Below are positions 1 through 7,587 of a stretch of 18,461 nt of DNA, in pieces (positions within the stretch are counted from its first letter, which is position 1; each line of letters starts with the position of its first letter). Origin of the DNA: Zymomonas mobilis subsp. mobilis ATCC 10988 (GTDB lineage Bacteria > Pseudomonadota > Alphaproteobacteria > Sphingomonadales > Sphingomonadaceae); contig NC_017184.1 in NCBI RefSeq assembly GCF_000175255.2, positions 1-18,461 of the forward strand, in the 5' to 3' direction. The notes below the pieces were generated by a model. That model was not told the DNA's origin. It saw nothing but the letters and a program-made list of their open reading frames with translations, and ran no database searches. Both the position numbers and the translations under genes were made by a program.

Positions 1-26
1 TATCAACCCAATATTCGAGGTGCTTT

Positions 27-257
27 ATGGCAACCCACACACGTGAAAAATTCGCCACTCAGGTTGATATGGAGATACTGAACACGGTTAGAAACCTTGC
101 CCAAAACGAAGGGAGACAGATTCAGTCTTTAGTTGAAGAGGCACTATCTGATCTGATCGAAAAACGGAGACTTAATCAGCCTCGCAGCCGGGTTATGAAT
201 ATCTATCAGGCAAGCCACAAGAATTTTGCAACGCTATACAAAAAATTAGCTGAATGA
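27..257 (+). CDS. Small protein in the antitoxin position upstream of doc (putative Phd-functional analogue, possibly ribbon-helix-helix)
   Basis: 76-aa track ORF. Its stop overlaps the doc start (ATGA at 254-257), the translational coupling typical of type II TA pairs. I recognised no family motif by eye, so the call rests on position and size. Confidence 0.65.
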   Translation: MATHTREKFATQVDMEILNTVRNLAQNEGRQIQSLVEEALSDLIEKRRLNQPRSRVMNIYQASHKNFATLYKKLAE

Positions 258-634
258 GTGAGTTTATCACCCTTGTTGAAGCTTTGGCTATTCATACTGA
301 TCAAATAGATCGATATGGAGGGTCTTACGGGATCCGAGATAAAGGATTATTAGAGGCTGCCTTGTTTCGTCCGCAGACAGGCTATTATAACGATCTTATA
401 CAAAAATCTGCTGCACTTTGGGAAAGCCTTGCCCAAAACCACCCATTCATTGATGGTAACAAGCGAACGGCTTTTGCAGTCACCTATACATTTCTTGCCT
501 TGAATGGTGTCTTGATTTCGGCAGATGCTGAAATGGCCTATAGTTTTATCAGCGAGCTTTATCGAAATAACAACTTTGAATTTGAGATTTTAGATCAATG
601 GCTTCGATTGAATACTGTTAAGCATTCCGCTTGA
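254..634 (+). CDS. doc: Doc (death-on-curing) / Fic-domain toxin
   Basis: 126 aa. Contains the Fic/Doc core motif HPFIDGNKRTA (HxFx[D/N]GNKR). Size and coupling to a small upstream ORF fit Doc toxins. Confidence 0.9.
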   Translation: MSEFITLVEALAIHTDQIDRYGGSYGIRDKGLLEAALFRPQTGYYNDLIQKSAALWESLAQNHPFIDGNKRTAFAVTYTFLALNGVLISADAEMAYSFISELYRNNNFEFEILDQWLRLNTVKHSA

Positions 635-692
635 TGGCTAAAAGATATTGGTATTTATGGTGACCGTGTTGACCGTAAACGACTTACTACAA

Positions 693-839
693 CCACTGAT
701 GAAGATACGGTTTCTGGTATGTATCCAACTCCAGCCACTGTCCGGCATTCTTTGGGTATGAGCCAAAAAGATACCAATTTTCATATGGCAGAGGACTCAT
801 TCAGAGTGGTGTTCTGTATGCAATTTCATAGTTAGATAA
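693..839 (+). pseudogene. Degraded C-terminal remnant of a YafQ/RelE-type toxin gene
   Basis: One + frame reads PLMKIRFLVCIQLQPLSGILWV*AKKIPIFIWQRTHSEWCSVCNFIVR*, with an in-frame stop at 759-761. It loosely parallels ...LLIYWKADEWII / LVRIGSHFELFG of the yafQ pseudogene at 17514-17788. Its last 10 nt (AGTTAGATAA) are identical to the end of the truncated yafQ at 11641-11650. There is no start codon or N-terminal part. The left boundary is approximate. Confidence 0.35.
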
Positions 840-1118
840 ACTGTTTTAGCGCGGAATAATATGCTTCATTAGGTTCTATAATATTATTTCAATAATGTTT
901 TTTCAGACCCTTTGCGTTCGATGCCATCCAAGCCGCGGGCTTTTTTCACCCCTCTATTTTCGCTCACTCGTATTGGCTCAAACATACCATAAACCCTCCA
1001 TATTTAGCCTTATAAAGCGGCATATAGCTAAAAACAAGCTGGAACCCTCATCTCATTTCATCTCAAGGCAGCGCATTTAAGCAAATTGTCTGTTTTTAGC
1101 AAAATTGGAGAGTTGAGG
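830..1118 (+). repeat. Copy 1 (longest) of a triplicated noncoding module linked to dinJ/yafQ loci
   Basis: Aligns by eye with 11641-11898 and 18102-18327. Blocks shared by all three copies: TGTTTTTTCAG(A/C)CC..TTG(C/T)GTTCG..CCAA. Copies 1 and 2 also share AGTTAGATAAACTG(T/C)TTTAGC(G/A)CGGAATAATAT, TATTTAGCC(T/C)TATAAAGC(G/A)GCATATAGCTAAAAA and ACCCTCATCTCATTTCATCTCAA. Copies 1 and 3 share CTTATAAAGCGG and TTTTTAGC(A/G)AAATTGGA. Ends are approximate. Confidence 0.8.
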
Positions 1119-1409
1119 CGTTGATTTATGCAGCTCATAAAAAGACAGAATGCCAAGGCAGCTCTCTAAAATCAAAGTCATATTCTGTTATGCAGATTTA
1201 GCCTAAAATCGATGATATTGAAAACGGCAACACGTCTGTTTGACTATAAGGTCAGAATATAAAAAATTATCGAAAGAAGCGAATATTTTCTAACAAATTT
1301 AGGCGGGCCAGATAGGCCTGTTCAAGACATATACAACCCATGTGATTATACTTGTATCATGAAAAGGGTGCTGTAAAATTAAAAATAATTAGCTCCGTAG
1401 AGGTTTAAA

Positions 1410-1646
1410 ATGACATCTATCCCTCAATCATCAACTGATAACAGTGATACCCTTTGGCATAGCATCGTCATCGCTGCTAGCTATGATGACGGTGCCGCTG
1501 CTCAAGAGCACTTAGACGCAGGCTTTCCCGTCTATTATGTTGAAGACGACACACCAGAAGGTCTCCTGATTAAGGAATATCCTGATGGCCATCGTGAACT
1601 TGTTCGTTTCAATGAAACGGGTGATGAAGTTATCAAAACTCTATGA
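1410..1646 (+). CDS. Hypothetical small acidic protein, translationally coupled to the downstream P-loop ATPase gene (possible partner/antitoxin)
   Basis: 78-aa track ORF preceded by AGAGG 8 nt upstream. Its stop overlaps the ATPase start (ATGA at 1643-1646). No recognisable motif. Confidence 0.5.
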   Translation: MTSIPQSSTDNSDTLWHSIVIAASYDDGAAAQEHLDAGFPVYYVEDDTPEGLLIKEYPDGHRELVRFNETGDEVIKTL

Positions 1647-1721
1647 GTTTGCCTCATCTATGGATATTCGCGGGCCCGAATGGTGCAGGGAAGTCTACTC
1701 TTGCGCAACGTTATGTAGCTA
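1643..1721 (+). pseudogene. N-terminal fragment of a zeta-toxin-like / COG4185-type P-loop ATPase, cut by IS insertion
   Basis: Reads MSLPHLWIFAGPNGAGKSTLAQRYVA with Walker A GPNGAGKS, then runs directly into the IS terminus at 1722. Confidence 0.75.
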
Positions 1722-2568
1722 GGCTCAGGACTCATTCTTTGAGATAGAAGATGAAACTTGCTGCGATATGGATTGCTGACATGAATGTGTGAGCGCACCG
1801 GTCGTATCGTGTTGCGACACGCCGCCAGTCTTTGAGCTTTGCGAACATATTTTCGATGAGGTGACGCTTTTTATACAGATGCCAGTCGTAAGGCGGCTTT
1901 GATTTCCGGTTCTTCTTCGGCGGAATACAGGCGGTGATATTCCGGTCTGCGAGAGACTGTCTGATTTTATTACTGTCGTATCCCCGGTCCCCGAGAATTT
2001 CTTGTGTTTCTTCCGGCAGATTTGCCAGCAGAACATCCGCGCCTTTGAAGTCACTGACCTGACCTGCGGTCAGATGCAGCCGGACAGGGCGGCCCTGACT
2101 ATCGCATACAGCGTGAAGCTTTGAGTTCAGTCCGCCTTTCGTGCGTCCGATATGGCGGGGAAAAGCCCCTTTTTGAGCAGGGAGGCCGCTGTCCGGTGTG
2201 CTTTCAGATGTGTTGCATCGATCATCAGACGCTTTGAACGGCCTGCCTGCTCCGTCAGGGCGACGAAGATCCGGTCAAAGACACCCAGGCGGCTCCACCG
2301 GATAAACCGGTTGTATAAAGTCTTGTGCGGGCCATACGCTTTCGGGGCGTCTTTCCACTGAAGGCCGTTGCGGATCACGTAAACGATCCCGCTCAGGACA
2401 CGACGGTCATCGACACGCGGCACACCATGCGCCAGTGGAAAAAACGGCTTAATCCGTTCCATCTGGTGCTCAGACAGCAAAAACACGTCACTCACAGCTT
2501 CACCTCCATCGGTAAACCTGTGAATCACAACAGCCCGCTCAACTCAAGAAATTAACAGGTCCTGAGCC
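1722..2568 (-). mobile_element. IS5-family insertion sequence (IS427-group-like), copy A, 847 bp
   Basis: Termini are GGCTCAGGAC...GTCCTGAGCC (a 10-bp perfect terminal inverted repeat), flanked by TA on both sides. The segments I compared are the exact reverse complement of 4911-5757, and all track ORFs in the two copies translate identically. It is noticeably GC-richer than its surroundings. Confidence 0.9.
1732..2528 (-). CDS. IS5-family DDE transposase, two frames joined by putative -1 frameshift (copy A)
   Basis: Mirror image of 4951-5747. orfA is the track ORF 2127-2528. The DDE part continues in the -1 frame without an ATG, so it is absent from the track. Confidence 0.85.
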
Positions 2569-2852
2569 TAGTTTTTGTCGGAGTATCAAGCGTCCATCAA
2601 TCTCGAAGCCGGGTGGCTGAACGCATATTAAGAGGTGGTCATGCAGTGCCTCCGGCAGATATTGAACAGCGCTTCGGGCGGAGTATGACCCATCTGGCTC
2701 AAGCTATACAAATAGCGCATCGGGTTTTATTGCTTGATAACAGTAGCAAGAGATTGCGACTTCTTGTTAGCTGTGAGAATGGGCGCGTCAAGCATATTAG
2801 CGCCCATCTACCCAGATGGGTTCAAACCGTAGCAGACTCACTTATTGGATAA
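2569..2852 (+). pseudogene. C-terminal fragment of the same zeta-toxin-like / COG4185-type ATPase
   Basis: The frame is open from the IS junction: LVFVGVSSVHQSRSRVAERILRGGHAVPPADIEQRFGRSMTHL...LLLDNS.... The RV..R...GGH.VP...I..R pattern is characteristic of this kinase family. The track starts the ORF artificially at GTG 2613. Confidence 0.7.
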
Positions 2853-2960
2853 GAGCCGTTAGCTAAAAAATTTTCTACTTTTTAATAGCGCACCCTACGT
2901 TTTTAGAGCGATATCTTAGAATAGAAAAAGCAGCATATTTTACATTCAAATTACACTTAA

Positions 2961-2980
2961 TGAATATTCAAATAACATTA
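2961..2980 (+). repeat. par-associated 20-nt repeat, copy 1 (TGAATATTCAAATAACATTA)
   Basis: One of four same-orientation copies whose first 10 nt form the palindrome TGAATATTCA. This one lies just downstream of parG. Confidence 0.7.
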
Positions 2981-2985
2981 TAATA

Positions 2986-3246
2986 CTATTTTTTTAATAT
3001 ACTATATAAGGCCATACTTATAAGTGCAGATCGACCCATTCCCATAGCTTCAGCGCGTTCATCAACTTTCCGCAAAAGTTCTGGAGCAATGGTGATGCTC
3101 ACCTGCCTTTTATGGCCTTTAGCAATTCCTTTTTCATAAGTTTTTGACTTATTACTTTCTAGTTTTGCATCTGGCGCAGCCGTTAAAAAAGCTGCAGCTG
3201 CATCCTCTTGAGATTGATTAAATTTTATCTTTTTATGAATTGCCAT
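2986..3246 (-). CDS. parG: ParG-like ribbon-helix-helix partition / centromere-binding protein
   Basis: 86 aa, immediately downstream of parA on the same strand. It has a flexible N-terminal half and a C-terminal RHH-like segment, RQVSITIAPELLRKVDERAEAMGMGRSALISMALYSIL. Confidence 0.7.
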   Translation of the reverse strand: MAIHKKIKFNQSQEDAAAAFLTAAPDAKLESNKSKTYEKGIAKGHKRQVSITIAPELLRKVDERAEAMGMGRSALISMALYSILKK

Positions 3247-3268
3247 TTGATATTAATCCAATATTATT

Positions 3269-3288
3269 TGAATATTCATTCAACATTA
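3269..3288 (+). repeat. par-associated 20-nt repeat, copy 2 (TGAATATTCATTCAACATTA)
   Basis: Sits in the parA-parG intergenic region and overlaps the parA stop codon (3276-3278). Confidence 0.65.
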
Positions 3289-3926
3289 AAAATACTATCA
3301 ACCAATATATTTATTTCAGCGATAGCTTTTTGATCTCGCGGTAAACTTTCAACAACAGACAAACCTGCGCCTCCAGCATTACTAAAAGCTTTCCGACGAC
3401 GAATAGGTGTTGGCAGATAGGTAAATTGTGGAAGATCAGCTAAAGCTGCCTCAGCGTCAGCATTATCACTTGAGTTAGCACCTGGGTCAGCTTGGTTCAT
3501 CACAGCCAATGAACGCAAACCATCACGGACGCTGCGAGCTTCATCAACCAAATTTGCCATATCATCCAATGCCCAGACATCATAAGAACGAGGAGCAAAA
3601 GGAACAAGAAGCGTATCTGCCAAGATCAGCGAAGCTCTCAAAGCCGTTGAATCTCGACCTCCGACATCGATAATAATGTCTTCCCATTTATGAGCCTGTT
3701 GCTGAACCTGCGCTCTAAGCTGTGCTCCATCAGCGTATTGCGCACAGGCAATTCCTGGAAGCTTTTGCGCTTCGGCACGGGCAGCTATAGCAGCGGCAGC
3801 TGTTCCTTGGCGATCACCATCAATGAGCCATACATCGCGACCAGCCAAGGCTCTAGCTATGGCTATCTGCACGGCAAGCGTTGTCTTGCCGACACCGCCT
3901 TTCGTATTGGCAATAGAAATAATCAC
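3276..3926 (-). CDS. parA: ParA/ParF-type partition ATPase (type Ib, deviant Walker A)
   Basis: 216 aa starting at GTG. The N-terminal MIISIANTKGGVGKTT is the deviant Walker A KGGxGKT. There is no N-terminal HTH extension, so this is the small type Ib form. Confidence 0.92.
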   Translation of the reverse strand: MIISIANTKGGVGKTTLAVQIAIARALAGRDVWLIDGDRQGTAAAAIAARAEAQKLPGIACAQYADGAQLRAQVQQQAHKWEDIIIDVGGRDSTALRASLILADTLLVPFAPRSYDVWALDDMANLVDEARSVRDGLRSLAVMNQADPGANSSDNADAEAALADLPQFTYLPTPIRRRKAFSNAGGAGLSVVESLPRDQKAIAEINILVDSIFNVE

Positions 3927-3940
3927 AAAATAACCTATAA

Positions 3941-3960
3941 TGAATATTCAAGATACATTC
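3941..3960 (+). repeat. par-associated 20-nt repeat, copy 3 (TGAATATTCAAGATACATTC)
   Basis: Lies 15 nt upstream of the parA start. The palindrome AATCAATATTGATT (3984-3997) lies between copies 3 and 4. Confidence 0.7.
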
Positions 3961-4008
3961 TTTATATGTTCATTATATTGTTAAATCAATATTGATTATA
4001 CATCATAT

Positions 4009-4028
4009 TGAATATTCAAAATACATTA
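4009..4028 (+). repeat. par-associated 20-nt repeat, copy 4 (TGAATATTCAAAATACATTA)
   Basis: Upstream of parA, in the same orientation as the other three copies. Confidence 0.7.
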
Positions 4029-4066
4029 AAATAATATTAAAAATATTTATAAAGATTCTCAAAAAA

Positions 4067-4099
4067 TGTAATGACATTGACATTACAAAAGGTTATATT
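4067..4099 (+). promoter_or_regulatory. Putative promoter/operator of the DUF1778-GNAT operon
   Basis: Inverted repeat TGTAATG (4067-4073) N7 CATTACA (4081-4087) contains the tandem TGACAT TGACAT. A possible -35 ATGACA (4071-4076) and -10 TATATT (4094-4099) have a 17-nt spacer. The SD AAGGAG is at 4111-4116. Confidence 0.45.
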
Positions 4100-4123
4100 A
4101 AATGGTATTCAAGGAGCCCACTT

Positions 4124-4910
<787 letters not shown>

Positions 4911-4911
<1 letters not shown>

Positions 4912-5757
4912 GCTCAGGACCTGTTAATTTCTTGAGTTGAGCGGGCTGTTGTGATTCACAGGTTTACCGATGGAGGTGAAGCTGTGAGTGACGTGTTTTT
5001 GCTGTCTGAGCACCAGATGGAACGGATTAAGCCGTTTTTTCCACTGGCGCATGGTGTGCCGCGTGTCGATGACCGTCGTGTCCTGAGCGGGATCGTTTAC
5101 GTGATCCGCAACGGCCTTCAGTGGAAAGACGCCCCGAAAGCGTATGGCCCGCACAAGACTTTATACAACCGGTTTATCCGGTGGAGCCGCCTGGGTGTCT
5201 TTGACCGGATCTTCGTCGCCCTGACGGAGCAGGCAGGCCGTTCAAAGCGTCTGATGATCGATGCAACACATCTGAAAGCACACCGGACAGCGGCCTCCCT
5301 GCTCAAAAAGGGGCTTTTCCCCGCCATATCGGACGCACGAAAGGCGGACTGAACTCAAAGCTTCACGCTGTATGCGATAGTCAGGGCCGCCCTGTCCGGC
5401 TGCATCTGACCGCAGGTCAGGTCAGTGACTTCAAAGGCGCGGATGTTCTGCTGGCAAATCTGCCGGAAGAAACACAAGAAATTCTCGGGGACCGGGGATA
5501 CGACAGTAATAAAATCAGACAGTCTCTCGCAGACCGGAATATCACCGCCTGTATTCCGCCGAAGAAGAACCGGAAATCAAAGCCGCCTTACGACTGGCAT
5601 CTGTATAAAAAGCGTCACCTCATCGAAAATATGTTCGCAAAGCTCAAAGACTGGCGGCGTGTCGCAACACGATACGACCGGTGCGCTCACACATTCATGT
5701 CAGCAATCCATATCGCAGCAAGTTTCATCTTCTATCTCAAAGAATGAGTCCTGAGCC
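4911..5757 (+). mobile_element. IS5-family insertion sequence (IS427-group-like), copy B, 847 bp
   Basis: Same termini as copy A (GGCTCAGGAC...GTCCTGAGCC), flanked by TA (4909-4910 and 5758-5759). It is in inverted orientation relative to copy A. Confidence 0.9.
4951..5747 (+). CDS. IS5-family DDE transposase, orfA plus -1 frame orfB (copy B)
   Basis: orfA (track 4951-5352) has the N-terminal DNA-binding region ...RRVLSGIVYVIRNGLQWKDAPKAYGPHKTLYNRFIRW.... The -1 frame reads ...GRTKGGLNSKLHAVCDSQGRPVRLHLTAGQVSDFKGADVLL...ILGDRGYDSNKIRQ...KKRHLIENMFAKLKDWRRVATRYDR..., with its stop at 5745-5747. A slippery-like CAAAAAG lies at 5304-5310. The D, D and E residues are in the expected contexts. 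Confidence 0.85.
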
Positions 5758-6049
5758 TAGGCAATCCAATTCTATCTCTATGAGCAAGTAATCTCGCTAA
5801 AGATGGGGGTATTTCAGCTTCGATTTCTGGATTGGACGTTGCTTTTAAAGAGATACCCAGAAACCTTAATGCTCGAATGACGCGCACAAGTTCAGCGGTT
5901 TCCTTTCCTGTCTCGATATTGGAAACCCAACGGCGAGAGACACCTATTTCTTTAGCTAGAGCTGTTTGAGATAGAGATAATGCACGACGACGCTCTTTTA
6001 TAAGATAACCAAAGTCATATGCCGTAATCAGTTTTCGATCTTTGATCAT
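5732..6049 (-). CDS. XRE-family helix-turn-helix protein (HipB/antitoxin-like, no partner seen); C-terminal tail altered by IS insertion
   Basis: HTH segment LSLSQTALAKEIGVSRRWVSNIETGK. I place the start at ATG 6049, 7 nt after GGAGG; the track start at 6100 lacks an SD. The last 7 codons (RLRTHSL R) are IS-derived. Without the IS the frame would read ...[13 protein letters not shown]. Confidence 0.75.
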   Translation of the reverse strand: MIKDRKLITAYDFGYLIKERRRALSLSQTALAKEIGVSRRWVSNIETGKETAELVRVIRALRFLGISLKATSNPEIEAEIPPSLARLLAHRDRIGLPRLRTHSLR

Positions 6050-6055
6050 GCCCGT

Positions 6056-6071
6056 GCCTCCTATAGGAGGC
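6056..6071. promoter_or_regulatory. Perfect 16-bp palindrome GCCTCCTATAGGAGGC covering the SD of the XRE gene
   Basis: Read directly from the sequence. The minus-strand SD GGAGG (6057-6061) is one arm of the palindrome. Confidence 0.4.
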
Positions 6072-6121
6072 ACGCTATCGTTGAAACCGATAAGAGGCAA
6101 ATAATTTCTAGTTTTGCTGCA

Positions 6122-6171
6122 AAGAGGCGGTAGAATTGAAAGACACTGTTGTCTTTTCTCTACCGCCTCTT
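6122..6171 (-). terminator. Long hairpin, probable terminator downstream of the relBE operon (possibly bidirectional)
   Basis: 13-bp perfect arms AAGAGGCGGTAGA (6122-6134) and TCTACCGCCTCTT (6159-6171), with an inner GAAAGAC/GTCTTT stem. The + strand continues CTCTTTTAATT. The minus strand continues CTCTTTGC, a weaker U-tract. Confidence 0.5.
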
Positions 6172-6254
6172 TTAATTAAATATTCCTATTGTCATAAGAA
6201 TACGATATGCAAATACCTAAATATTTAATTAAAAGATATTTAGGTATTTGTATT

Positions 6255-6563
6255 TCATTCTAATTTTTTTGCGGCAATATCATAGATTTTTCCATTATTA
6301 CGGACACCGACCGCAATAATAATTAATTTATGCTGGGACGTATCAAGCTGGTAAACTACGCGATATGCCGGCGATTGAAGTTTCAGCTTATAGAATCCTG
6401 CCAGATCGCCTGACAAAGGCTTTGCGAGAGCGGGATTTCTGCAAACTTTTTCTATTTGTTTAGCGAAGCGCTTTTTTACATCTTGTGGCAATTTTTTCCA
6501 ACACTTTTCGGCATTACCATTATAATAATGCACGTCATATGTTGTGTCATTGCAAGAGTTCAT
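6255..6563 (-). CDS. relE: RelE/ParE-superfamily toxin
   Basis: 102 aa. ...YDVHYYNGNAEKCWKKLPQDVKKRFAKQIEKVCRNP...GFYKLKLQSPAYRVVYQLDTSQHKLIIIAVGVRNNGKIY matches the RelE/StbE fold pattern. It overlaps the upstream antitoxin gene by 17 nt. Confidence 0.85.
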   Translation of the reverse strand: MNSCNDTTYDVHYYNGNAEKCWKKLPQDVKKRFAKQIEKVCRNPALAKPLSGDLAGFYKLKLQSPAYRVVYQLDTSQHKLIIIAVGVRNNGKIYDIAAKKLE

Positions 6564-6801
6564 CGAACGTAACTTTCTTTAATTTTGCCGGTTCTTTAAG
6601 CCGGCTTTTGACAATGGATAATAATTCGGCATCCTCAGCAGAAATTATTTTTTTCCTGATGGGGAGTTTGTTTTCTTGAACGATATATTTAAAGATATCT
6701 CTAATTAAATCGCTCGGCGTTGTTCCAAAATTCTTTATTTTATCATAAGCATTCTCCTTCAGATCCTGATCTATACGCAAACTAATTTGCGACATTTTCA
6801 T
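6547..6801 (-). CDS. relB: RelB/DinJ-family antitoxin
   Basis: 84 aa. The N-terminal ISLRIDQDLKENAYDKIKNFGTTPSDLIRDIFKYIVQENKLPI has the RelB/DinJ RHH signature. Confidence 0.8.
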   Translation of the reverse strand: MKMSQISLRIDQDLKENAYDKIKNFGTTPSDLIRDIFKYIVQENKLPIRKKIISAEDAELLSIVKSRLKEPAKLKKVTFDELLQ

Positions 6802-7068
6802 TTTTCAATCCTTTTGATATTTTTTATTTTAATTTGTATTTTTAATATTAAATAAAATTATTTTAATTTGTTTTTTAATTGTTTTATTTCATTTTTTTAC
6901 TCCAATTTTTTATAAATTAAATATTTTGTGGCACCTGTATAGCATAAATCTACACAAATGCAATACAATAATAGGAATTACAAAAAACAGGTGATTTTCG
7001 GCCAGAGATAGAGAGTGGATATTTCTGGCCAGAAATATGGGATAAAATAGACGAAAAACTTTGACGAC

Positions 7069-7098
7069 AAAAAAGAGCGCCGAATAATCGGCGCTCTT
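7069..7098 (-). terminator. Rho-independent terminator downstream of hicAB
   Basis: Stem AAGAGCGCCGA / TCGGCGCTCTT with loop ATAA. On the minus strand it is followed by a U-run (the A-run at 7069-7074). The + strand also ends in GGTTTT. Confidence 0.75.
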
Positions 7099-7152
7099 GG
7101 TTTTACGACATACCCTATAAAATATATGGGACTATATTTGGATTACTACTTG

Positions 7153-7578
7153 TTAGATCATAACAGCTGAATGATGATCTGTTTGTTTTTGAGCTTTTAA
7201 GGTCAAAGAAGCGATCATACCAGAACGAGTTTCTCCTGCCTTTTTGGCCAAGAGATCAAGACGTTCGAGAACTCTTTCAGGTAAAGTAATGTTTACCCGC
7301 TTTACCCTATCACTCAACAAAGCTGGATCTATATTGATAAAACCGAAAGACCATCCTTTATAAGCAGGGTTCTTATATAAATCTGAGATAGAACTAGGTA
7401 CAGGAATATCTTGACCACTATCTAATGTGGCATCGATCCAAGCAGATGCGGCTTCTTCAGCATTGGCAATAGCTTCATCCATCGTATCGCCAGCCGAGAA
7501 GCAACCGGGTAAATCCGGTACGACAATACCAAAAGCCGTAGATTTTGTATCTGGCTCTATAGCAACAGGATAACGCAT
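7153..7578 (-). CDS. hicB: HicB antitoxin (HicB fold plus C-terminal RHH)
   Basis: 141 aa. MRYPVAIEPDTKSTAFGIVVPDLPGCFSAGDTMDEAIANAEEA is the classic HicB N-terminus. The C-terminal RVNITLPERVLERLDLLAKKAGETRSGMIA is RHH. A strong SD AGGAGA precedes the ATG. Confidence 0.9.
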   Translation of the reverse strand: MRYPVAIEPDTKSTAFGIVVPDLPGCFSAGDTMDEAIANAEEAASAWIDATLDSGQDIPVPSSISDLYKNPAYKGWSFGFINIDPALLSDRVKRVNITLPERVLERLDLLAKKAGETRSGMIASLTLKAQKQTDHHSAVMI

Positions 7579-7587
7579 AAACTTCTC

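Noticed and set aside
884-985. 33-aa minus-strand ORF with a GGAGG 9 nt upstream, inside copy 1 of the module
   Set aside because: The start codon, the frame and the SD are all absent from copies 2 and 3, so it is probably fortuitous.
895-1080. 61-aa + strand ORF inside copy 1 of the triplicated module
   Set aside because: The equivalent frame is stopped after 15 codons in copy 2 and 32 codons in copy 3. There is no SD, and the substitution pattern between copies does not look codon-like.
830-1118. dif/Xer-type (pdif-like) recombination site inside the triplicated module
   Set aside because: I looked for an 11-6-11 arrangement resembling ..CATAA-N6-TTATG.. and found nothing convincing in any copy. 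This cannot be excluded without a profile search.
2152-2555. Antisense ORFs inside the IS copies (2152-2361, 2325-2555, 4924-5154, 5118-5327)
   Set aside because: They lie opposite the transposase frame in GC-rich DNA. Long spurious ORFs are expected there, and I recognised no motifs.
3690-3995. 101-aa + ORF antisense to parA, and 4337-4597 antisense to the TA pair
   Set aside because: Both overlap well-supported genes on the other strand and have no motifs.
3992-4123. N-terminal extension of the DUF1778 antitoxin ORF (track start 3992)
   Set aside because: The extension is translated from AT-rich intergenic DNA containing the par repeats and the operator. A canonical SD plus ATG is present at 4124.
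5425-5754. 109-aa ORF in the IS (and its twin at 1725-2054), offered by the track as the second IS gene
   Set aside because: It lies in the orfA frame and gives a low-complexity S/T/R-rich product. The real DDE domain is in the -1 frame (stop 5745-5747), which has no ATG and is therefore missing from the track.
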